Source: Planctomycetota bacterium (GTDB taxonomy: Bacteria; Planctomycetota; GCA-002687715; DRQF01). Taken from it: a stretch of DNA of 14,164 nt. Below the pieces are notes generated by a model. That model did no database searches, was not told the DNA's origin, and saw only the letters and a program-made list of their open reading frames with translations. The position numbers were made by a program, and so were the translations under genes. Below, in pieces: positions 7,614 to 14,164 of this stretch. The DNA lies in the NCBI GenBank assembly GCA_027001995.1, contig JALTLO010000058.1, positions 1 through 14,164 of the forward strand. Direction: 5' to 3'. Every line of letters begins with the position of its first letter. Within the stretch, counting starts at the first letter, position 1.

Positions 7614-7997
7614 ATGAACAACTACTCCATTACGCCGGACTTTTGGGAGAAGCTCTCCCAAGTCCGGACTGTCTCGAGGCTGACATTGAATGCCCTTGAA
7701 GACAATGATATCGACGAAGTCGAAAGGCTTTCGAAAGAGTCTGACGCCCTCATGGCGGAAATCAGGCCCGTTATCGTGGCTCGGGCCGAAGCGACGGAGC
7801 GCAATGAAGACGACCTCCTTCTGAAAGAGCTTCTTGTTGAACTTCAAAAGATGAATGATCGTATCTTGGAAGAGGTCATACTCCACCGAGACGCAACGAA
7901 GAAAGAACTTTGCACCATTCGCGAAAGCAAACTGCGCTTGGTGCACTACAAGAGTAATATCAAACCCGATCCAGCACTTTTGAACACACATAGCTAA
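7614..7997 (+). CDS. fliT: FliT-like flagellar chaperone
   Basis: 127-aa all-helical protein after fliS (ALEDNDIDEVERL...LLVELQKMNDRI...LVHY...P.LLNTHS); AAGGA SD before ATG 7614. The call rests on synteny and general pattern. Confidence 0.6.
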   Translation: MNNYSITPDFWEKLSQVRTVSRLTLNALEDNDIDEVERLSKESDALMAEIRPVIVARAEATERNEDDLLLKELLVELQKMNDRILEEVILHRDATKKELCTIRESKLRLVHYKSNIKPDPALLNTHS

Positions 7998-8019
7998 CTA
8001 ACAATTCGGAATTCGGCTT

Positions 8020-8083
8020 ATTCGCCAGTTTGCATCTGTTCTCTGCAGTCACGGCAGCGGAGAACAGTTGCAAACTGGCGAAT
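8020..8083. repeat. Long inverted repeat (27-bp arms, 10-nt loop)
   Basis: Left arm attcgccagtttgcatctgttctctgc (8020-8046); reverse complement of right arm (8057-8083) attcgccagtttgcaactgttctccgc; 25/27 identical. Confidence 0.9.
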
Positions 8084-8155
8084 CTGTTTGTGGGTCTTCC
8101 AAAATTTCTGTGTCCACCTTCCCAAGGGATGACGTCTTCATGGTAGGAGCTCATT

Positions 8156-8398
8156 GTGATGCCTAATTACCATGACCGTTTTCTTCGTAACGTTTTCTCA
8201 ATCCCGGCTAAGGCGCTAGGCATCGTTCTTATCTCGCGTTTTTCTGAATTGACTGTTGAGCAGAATCGCAAAATTGACGACGCCAACCTCAATCAACTGG
8301 CCGACTATTTGGAACGCGTTTGTGTGGCCAAGACAGTTGCGGAAGTACTTCGGTCGTGTCACAGACGAAGTGAGAAAGCAATCATACCTTTGGCGTAA
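8156..8398 (+). pseudogene. Internally deleted Rpn (recombination-promoting nuclease/Transposase_31)-like gene retaining a DUF4351-like C-terminus; possibly still expressed
   Basis: AGGAG SD then GTG/ATG. The start PNYHDRFLRNVFSIP resembles the Rpn N-terminal HD.FF+..FS.P motif. It is fused within ~10 residues to RFSELTVEQNRKIDDANLNQLADYLERVCVAKTVAEVL, a DUF4351-like pattern. The nuclease core is absent. Confidence 0.6.
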
Positions 8399-8460
8399 TG
8401 GGCGGCATGGCAAAGGGCTTTGACATACCGCCCACAAACTCATGAACAAGCAGGGGCTGA

Positions 8461-10605
8461 CTAGCGGTAATACTTCTCGGCGTACTCGCGGACCATGCGT
8501 TGCGTGGTGAAGTAGGGGGTGACCGTCTTGATGCTGTTGCGCATGCGGTCGATCCAGTTTTGGGGTAGTCCGTTTTCGTCGCGATCGTAGAAGAGCGGGA
8601 CAATCTCGTTTTCTAAGATTGACATGAGACTCTCGGCATCTTCGGCGTCGATCTCTTCTTCCGGACGTTCGGACCAACCTTCGCCAATGGTCCAGCCATT
8701 GAGTGGGCTGGCGCCTTCTACCCACCAACCATCTTTGGTTGACAACGTCAGACCACCATTGGGGCAAACCTTCATACCGCTGGTGCCGCTGGCTTCCTTG
8801 GGAGGACGGGGTGTATTGAGCCAAACATCACAACCTTGGACCAAACGTCGGGCGACTCCGATGTCATAGTCTTCCAGGAGAACGACGCGCCCAAATAGGT
8901 CACTGTCGTTGGTGAACTCGATGACCTCTTGAAGTAGTTTCTTGCCGCCATCGTCCGCTGGGTGCGCTTTACCTGCAAGGATTATCTGCACTGGGCGTTC
9001 GCTATTGCCAAGGAGAGCTTTCAAACGGTCGATGTGCCTGAACAAGAGTGTTGCCCTTTTGTAAGTGGCAAAACGCCTGGCAAAGCCGATGGTGAGGGCA
9101 TTTGAGTCAAGTCCAGTGATGCGCCCGACTAAAGTGTTGCGCTCGACGTTGCGAAGAATTAACTGCTGCTCTGCACGTCGTACAACTTCGTCCAATAGTC
9201 GGACTCGCTGGCGGCGTCTGGCCTCCCAAAGATCGTCGGCAGGAACATCGTCGATCTTGTCCCACATGTCTCGATCTTCGATACGGCTCACCCAGTCAGG
9301 GGATAAGTAATGAGAGAATACGCGGCGCATTTCCGGGCCGACCCAAACTCCGGTGTGAATGCCGTTTGTGACGTGGCCGATTGGCACATTCTCTTCTGAA
9401 CTTTCTGGCCACATGCAGTTCCATTGGCGTCTAGAGACCTCACCGTGAAGTTTGCTGACACCATTGATGGAACCACTAAACCTAATCGCCAGAGAGGTCA
9501 TTTCAAAGTCGCCATTGGCCTCGGTACCTGTTCGATGACCGAGCTCGAAGAACTCATCTGCGCTGAGTTGTAGTTTTTCTAATTGTGGGACGAAGTAGGG
9601 CTCCATCAGTTCCCGACGGAAGACTTCATGGCCGGCAGAAACCGGTGTATGGGTGGTAAATACGTTTGATGGTCGCAGGCGTTCTTGAGCATCTGGGAAA
9701 CTGAGGCCTTCTTCTTCCATGAGACTAGCACAGCGTTCCAGAACCAAGAACGCACTGTGGCCTTCATTCATGTGGAAACGTTGTGGTTTGATATTGAGAG
9801 CCGATAGGGCTCGGACACCCCCCACTCCTAAGACAATTTCTTGGCGCAAGCGGGTGTCGCGGTCGGAATCATAGAGTTTGGAGGTGATGTTACGGTCTTC
9901 GTGCCAATTCTCTTTCAAATAGGAATCCAGAAGGAGCAAACTCGATCGGCCGACTTGGGCAACCCAAACCCGTAGTTTGACTTCTCGGTTCGGCAGGCGA
10001 ACGGTCACTTTGAGGGGAGTACCGTCGTCATGCTCAATTTGCTTAATCGGAAGGTTGTGGCAGCCGTGCTCGTCGAAATGCTCGAGTTGCCAATTGTCCA
10101 AAGAGAATCGCTGGTGAAAGTACCCTTGACGATACAGAAGGCCAACACCGACGAATGGCAGCCCCAAGTCGCTGGCGCTCCTGACATGATCGCCAGCTAA
10201 AATACCTAAGCCCCCGGAATAAATTGGCAGGCTTTGGTGCATACCGAATTCCGCCGAGAAATAGGCCACCATCGGTGCCTGCTCTATGGAAAGATCGCTG
10301 GTGCCACGAACAGTGGGATTGAGCTTGAATCGCCCCCCTTCTTCTAAGTCTTGGCCCATGTGGTCATGGATCTCCCGTAATTCATCGCAGATCTCCTTCT
10401 GGACTGAAAGGGCCATCTTTTGGTCCTTGGTGAGGGAGCGGAGTAGCAGAATCGGGTTGTGGTTGACTTCGTTCCAAAGTCCGGGAGCCAAGCGAGAGAA
10501 GAATCTCCGGGCCTGAGCGTCGGTGTTCCACCAGAAGTTGTAGGCCAAGTCAAGAACAGGTTCGAGTGCTTCAGGAACCCAGGGTGCATGTCCGTATGTC
10601 TTCAT
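8461..10605 (-). CDS. glgP: Alpha-glucan (glycogen/maltodextrin) phosphorylase
   Basis: VAYFSAEFG..SLPIYSGGLGILAGDH, HMNEGHSAF, VFTTHTPV, NGVSKLHG, GFARRFATYKRA, GKAHPAD, GCDVWLNTP and PLP-lysine motif EASGTSGMK. ATG 10605 (TTG 10608 alternative). Confidence 0.97.
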   Translation of the reverse strand: MKTYGHAPWVPEALEPVLDLAYNFWWNTDAQARRFFSRLAPGLWNEVNHNPILLLRSLTKDQKMALSVQKEICDELREIHDHMGQDLEEGGRFKLNPTVRGTSDLSIEQAPMVAYFSAEFGMHQSLPIYSGGLGILAGDHVRSASDLGLPFVGVGLLYRQGYFHQRFSLDNWQLEHFDEHGCHNLPIKQIEHDDGTPLKVTVRLPNREVKLRVWVAQVGRSSLLLLDSYLKENWHEDRNITSKLYDSDRDTRLRQEIVLGVGGVRALSALNIKPQRFHMNEGHSAFLVLERCASLMEEEGLSFPDAQERLRPSNVFTTHTPVSAGHEVFRRELMEPYFVPQLEKLQLSADEFFELGHRTGTEANGDFEMTSLAIRFSGSINGVSKLHGEVSRRQWNCMWPESSEENVPIGHVTNGIHTGVWVGPEMRRVFSHYLSPDWVSRIEDRDMWDKIDDVPADDLWEARRRQRVRLLDEVVRRAEQQLILRNVERNTLVGRITGLDSNALTIGFARRFATYKRATLLFRHIDRLKALLGNSERPVQIILAGKAHPADDGGKKLLQEVIEFTNDSDLFGRVVLLEDYDIGVARRLVQGCDVWLNTPRPPKEASGTSGMKVCPNGGLTLSTKDGWWVEGASPLNGWTIGEGWSERPEEEIDAEDAESLMSILENEIVPLFYDRDENGLPQNWIDRMRNSIKTVTPYFTTQRMVREYAEKYYR

Positions 10606-10759
10606 CAATCACATTCCATTGTAGTTGGTTGCGGCGAGAGTAGGATATCAATGCCCAATCAGGTTGCCAGACCTTTGTCGGTCCGAGTCGTAATCCTACC
10701 TCGGAAGCAGCATCAAATTGGGACGGTCCCAATCCGTTCCCTGTTTCAGGAGTCGAATT

Positions 10760-11179
10760 TTGAAGGTTTCCCGCAATACACGTTTTACTATCGCCAAAGT
10801 CGTTTGGATTCTTGTTGCCATGAGCTTGATTTACCGGGGATTGTTCCCTTATTTCGGTCAAATTGAGTCTACAATGACCAAGGTCATCGTGTTGGTCCTG
10901 ATATTGGCCATTGGCATTGGCAAAGGGATTTTTGTCATCAGTAAGAGCACGGCACGGACAGCTGCTTATGTGGCCCGTCGGCCTGAGCAAGACTGGATCT
11001 GGCTTAGTTTTCATCCGGTTCTTTATGTCTTGATTCCCGTCATGATCGCAGCAGGGCTCTTTGTTCGCCATCAGTATGGCGCAACCATGCCGGCGCTGAT
11101 TGTGGGCCTCTATGGCTCGATTGGTTTGGCGCTCCTTGTGGGGGTCCGGGGTTTCATGAAAGTGACCAAGGGGATCTAA
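10760..11179 (+). CDS. Small integral membrane protein (about 4 TM helices), function unknown
   Basis: AGGAG SD (10748-10752) before TTG 10760. Hydrophobic segments VVWILVAMSLIY, VIVLVLILAIGIG, LYVLIPVMIAAGLFV and LIVGLYGSIGLALLVGV. Divergent from glgP. Confidence 0.75.
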   Translation: MKVSRNTRFTIAKVVWILVAMSLIYRGLFPYFGQIESTMTKVIVLVLILAIGIGKGIFVISKSTARTAAYVARRPEQDWIWLSFHPVLYVLIPVMIAAGLFVRHQYGATMPALIVGLYGSIGLALLVGVRGFMKVTKGI

Positions 11180-11223
11180 GACAAGATTCTGTTCCTGGGG
11201 CGGGCGTGACGGTCGATAAAGAG

Positions 11224-11266
11224 AAAAGCCTGGTACGAATGATCTTCGCACCAGGCTTTCGCTTTT
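11224..11266. terminator. Probable bidirectional rho-independent terminator
   Basis: Hairpin aaagcctggt-acgaa-tgatc-ttcgc-accaggcttt flanked by A and T runs, between convergent genes. Confidence 0.7.
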
Positions 11267-11314
11267 AGGGGATTGACGTTGGCGAGGCTTCTTGCCAAGG
11301 CCTCTTGGACTCAA

Positions 11315-12523
11315 CTATCCATCGATCTTTTCGACCTTGTAGGGATGGTCGCGCTTTTTCAGCACATTGACCGAAAGGATCTTGAATGGAAGGCCATTCT
11401 TGGAGACGTCGATCCCTTTGACGTGGGTGATCTCAATGCCTTTCAAGACCCGTCCGAAGACCGTATGGCGGCCGTTCAGGGGACCTGCAACGCCGGATGT
11501 GATGAAGAACTGGCTGCCTCCCGAGTCGGGCTGCCCTGCGGGCTTAGCCATGCTGATAGATCCGTGATAGTGCAAGCGGAAGTCATTGTCGGTATTGCAC
11601 TCATCTTTGATCTTGTAGCCCGGACCACCACCTCCCGTGGATGTGGGATCGCCTCCTTGAATCATGAAGTTCTCAATACATCTGTGGAACTTCCCGTTGT
11701 CGTAGAAGTGCTTTTCCGCCAGGACGATGAAGTTGGCCACAGTGTTGGGTGCTTGGTCTTCAAAAAGCTCCAATGTCATGGTGCCTCGATCGGTAACGAT
11801 TTCCACGATAGGAAGGTTATTCTTGAGGCGGGACTCATCCCGCAGTTTCATCTCCCGCGGCCAATCTTTGACATAGGCCGCTGCGAATTCCGCGGCGACG
11901 TTGAGTTTTTTCTTGTCTTTGTCTTCGCTGGCGTAAGGGAGACCCGCCAAAAAGGCCTCCTGGGCCTCCTTGAACTTGCTGGCATTCATCAAGGATGTGC
12001 CATGGGCATAGAAATTGTCGACTGTTGGCTGGGCGGCTACAGCGAGTCCCCGGGCCTCAGCACAGGCCTCAAATTGATAACCTTTCTCAAGATGCTCAGC
12101 GGCCAATTCTAAGTAGTGGGGTCGTTTCGTTTGTTCGTAGAGGATTTTGCAGTCTTGGGCCCGCATTTGGCGATCCATCCACAGGAAAACGGTGTCAGTG
12201 GCTCGGCGGTCTCGGACGGCGAAATTGTCGGGATTGTCCTTCAAGAAAGCAGCGACTTTGACCAAATGGGCCTTCACCGCTTCGATGAACTCGGAGCACA
12301 TGCCGTTGTACTTTTTTTCGAGAGCATCCCGCTCAGCGGCGTTTTCGTTGCCGCTGTATTGAATTTGCAGGGAGCTCAGGCGACTTTTCACCTGTTTGAG
12401 CTCTTTTGCCAAGAAATCCCAGCGCGCCAAGAGATCTGTTTCAGCCTTTGTGGGTTCATTTTGGGCAGTGAGCGGTGCCTGAATGAATAGAACTGCGATT
12501 AAGAGAGTGAGAAAGGCCTTCAT
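11315..12523 (-). CDS. Secreted cyclophilin-type peptidyl-prolyl cis-trans isomerase with an N-terminal coiled-coil/TPR region
   Basis: Signal peptide MKAFLTLLIAVLFIQAPLTA. Cyclophilin motifs TDRGTMTLELFEDQAPNTVANF, FYDNGKFHRCIENFMIQGGDP, GSISMA, GSQFFI, LNGRHTVFGRV. TPR-like helices (FYAHGTSLMNASKFKEAQEAF). Confidence 0.93.
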   Translation of the reverse strand: MKAFLTLLIAVLFIQAPLTAQNEPTKAETDLLARWDFLAKELKQVKSRLSSLQIQYSGNENAAERDALEKKYNGMCSEFIEAVKAHLVKVAAFLKDNPDNFAVRDRRATDTVFLWMDRQMRAQDCKILYEQTKRPHYLELAAEHLEKGYQFEACAEARGLAVAAQPTVDNFYAHGTSLMNASKFKEAQEAFLAGLPYASEDKDKKKLNVAAEFAAAYVKDWPREMKLRDESRLKNNLPIVEIVTDRGTMTLELFEDQAPNTVANFIVLAEKHFYDNGKFHRCIENFMIQGGDPTSTGGGGPGYKIKDECNTDNDFRLHYHGSISMAKPAGQPDSGGSQFFITSGVAGPLNGRHTVFGRVLKGIEITHVKGIDVSKNGLPFKILSVNVLKKRDHPYKVEKIDG

Positions 12524-12761
12524 CTAAGAATCTCCGCAGGGGACATGAGAGTCGGTTGTGTGTCGTCAAAATTATTCACTACGTCTTTGCTTCGAACAAC
12601 TTAGCGAAATTTGTCTTTCGACAATCGCTGCCCAGGGACTTGCGAAAAATCTTGGGCTCATGTTCGCCTACAGCATACCGCGCTTGCATCTTAACTACGA
12701 GTCCATCTGAGGCTTGTCGGCGAAAATGCCTGCATCACAATGGGATTCAAACCGTATGAGC

Positions 12762-12795
12762 AAAAATTAAGGGGACCCGCATAACGAGTCCCCTT
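12762..12795 (-). terminator. Rho-independent terminator of the Lys/Cys-rich gene
   Basis: Minus strand aaggggactcg-ttatg-cgggtcccctt-aattttt: an 11-bp stem plus T-rich tail, ~45 nt after the stop. Confidence 0.8.
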
Positions 12796-12839
12796 CAAGG
12801 TGATCTAAGTTTTTCTATATCGTCGCGAAAACGACGGAA

Positions 12840-13835
12840 TTACTTGGAACCTTCTGCGCAGCAATCTGATTTCTTGGCACCTTTGATCTGCTTTTTGATC
12901 AGTTTGCCTTCTGCTTTTTCTGCGCAGCAATCGCTTTTCTTGGCGCTTTTCTTGGCGCTTTTCTTGATCAACTTTGTTGATTCACAAGCTCCAGCACAGT
13001 CATCTTTTTTACCGGCTTTGGTGAGCTTATTGGCGCCTTGAGCGCAGTGATCGTTCTTCTTGCCAGCTTTGGTGAGCTTGTTGGCGCCTTGAGCGCAGTG
13101 ATCGCTCTTCTTACTGGCGTTGACGAGCTTTGTGGACTCGCAAGTGCTGTCGCCGGAGCAATCAGCCTTCTTGGCACCCTTCTTGACCAACTTGTTGGCC
13201 TTTTCTGCGCAGCATTCGCTTTTCTTGGCGCCTTTGACGAGCTTTGTGGACTCGCAAGCACTGGCGCAATCGGCTTTTTTGCCAGCCTTTGCTGTCTTAG
13301 CCATCTTTGTTTTGCGCATGGCGGCCAATTTGGCCTTGGACTCTGGGCATCCGTTGCAGGCATCTTTGTAGAGCTTGGCAATTTTTGGCATTTCAGGAGA
13401 AGCTTTGGTCATTGCGGCCAATTTGGCCTTCGACTTGTCGCAACCTTTGGCCGCATTTTTCTCCAGTGTGAGGTAGGCGTCGAGCTTGTCACAGCCTGAA
13501 CCGATCTTGCCGCCGCAGGCCTTTTTGTCAGCTTTTTCGTCTTGAGTTGAAACAAGCTTGGCTGCCTTGGTGGATGTTGCGCTATGGCAATCACTTTTCT
13601 TGCCAGCCTTGACGAGTTTCGTGGACTCGCAAGCATTGGCGCAGTCGCTCTTCTTACCGGTCTTGGTAAGTTTCGCTTTTTCTGAGCTGCAGTGATCAGA
13701 TTTTGCACCTTTGGACTTCTTGACGATCTTGGTGGTCTTTGCCCTGGCGCCACTGTCGCAGTCGCCACAATCCTGGGCGAAAGCCGGAAGTGCGACCATC
13801 GCGAGGACAGCCAATGTGAGCATGAACTTGGTCAT
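12840..13835 (-). CDS. Secreted Lys/Cys-rich low-complexity repeat protein, function unknown
   Basis: 331 aa. Signal peptide MTKFMLTLAVLAMVALPAFA-Q; AAGGA SD; own terminator. Manual count gives 25 Cys and ~76 Lys, in ~17-20-aa repeats. Confidence 0.85.
   Translation of the reverse strand: MTKFMLTLAVLAMVALPAFAQDCGDCDSGARAKTTKIVKKSKGAKSDHCSSEKAKLTKTGKKSDCANACESTKLVKAGKKSDCHSATSTKAAKLVSTQDEKADKKACGGKIGSGCDKLDAYLTLEKNAAKGCDKSKAKLAAMTKASPEMPKIAKLYKDACNGCPESKAKLAAMRKTKMAKTAKAGKKADCASACESTKLVKGAKKSECCAEKANKLVKKGAKKADCSGDSTCESTKLVNASKKSDHCAQGANKLTKAGKKNDHCAQGANKLTKAGKKDDCAGACESTKLIKKSAKKSAKKSDCCAEKAEGKLIKKQIKGAKKSDCCAEGSK
13011..13112. repeat. Two near-identical 51-bp tandem units encoding (S/N)DHCAQGANKLTKAGKK
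   Basis: 13011-13061 and 13062-13112 differ at only a few positions; part of the intragenic repeat array. Confidence 0.9.
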
Positions 13836-14016
13836 CGCTTCATATTCCTTGAGTAAGAGAGAGAATGCGTTTGTTTGAATAATGTGCTGATCATAACGAT
13901 GTAGACCCTCAGTTCATTTCCGGAATCCGAAAAAAACCAGGAATTTTGCCAGTCTTGACGTAGGCATGGGAGCTAGGGCCCTACTGTTATTTGTTAACTT
14001 GTTTTGTTGAGACTGC

Positions 14017-14164
14017 TTACGTCGTTGGAACCACGTAGACAGGAATTGCCGATCCGGCACCAGAAGCGACGTTGAGAAGATCATTGGAGGCCAAGCGGAT
14101 GCCTAAGCCGTGGGCTCGTTTCCCCCCGAGAATGTAGGGGGCGACATCGACGCGGAGCATCAGG
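14017..14164 (-). CDS. Possible 3' end of a gene entering from the right edge
   Basis: Open minus-strand frame ...LMLRVDVAPYILGGKRAHGLGIRLASNDLLNVASGAGSAIPVYVVPTT* ending at TAA 14019-14017, followed by AT-rich intergenic DNA. No recognisable motif. Confidence 0.4.
   Translation of the reverse strand, partial: LMLRVDVAPYILGGKRAHGLGIRLASNDLLNVASGAGSAIPVYVVPTT

Noticed and set aside
8216..8824. 202-aa - strand ORF
   Set aside because: Alternative frame overlapping the glgP 3' end and antisense to the Rpn remnant; Arg-rich shadow.
10571..11314. 247-aa - strand ORF
   Set aside because: Antisense to the membrane protein, crosses a terminator, and has non-protein-like composition.
11273..12112. 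279-aa + strand ORF
   Set aside because: Antisense shadow of the well-supported cyclophilin gene; no motif or SD.
13011..13290. Repeats as a CRISPR array
   Set aside because: In-frame coding repeats without unique spacers; no cas genes.
12840..13835. Multiheme cytochrome or RiPP precursor interpretation
   Set aside because: No CxxCH motifs, and no modifying enzymes or transporter in the window.

Overview
Bacterial chromosomal window (roughly 50% GC; the cyclophilin-TPR and secreted-protein content suggests Planctomycetota, which is an inference) built around a late flagellar cluster. The + strand carries fliC (minimal 277-aa flagellin), fliD, fliS and a fliT-like gene, with sigma28-type promoters ahead of fliC and fliD. 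Divergently on the - strand is an NtrC/FleQ-family sigma54 activator whose receiver lacks the phospho-Asp. It is followed by a clear sigma54 -24/-12 promoter and a translationally coupled operon of unknown envelope proteins: a membrane-anchored TPR protein, an STN/secretin-N0-like + TPR protein, and a secreted protein cut off by the window edge. The same 10-mer ATTCATCCGA sits in the sigma28-like boxes of fliC, fliD and the activator, suggesting a sigma28 -> bEBP -> sigma54 cascade. Downstream lie a 64-bp palindrome, an 80-aa internally deleted Rpn/DUF4351-like gene, glycogen phosphorylase, a small membrane protein, a secreted TPR-cyclophilin, and a secreted Lys/Cys-rich repeat protein. All calls come from visual motif recognition; no database searches were run.
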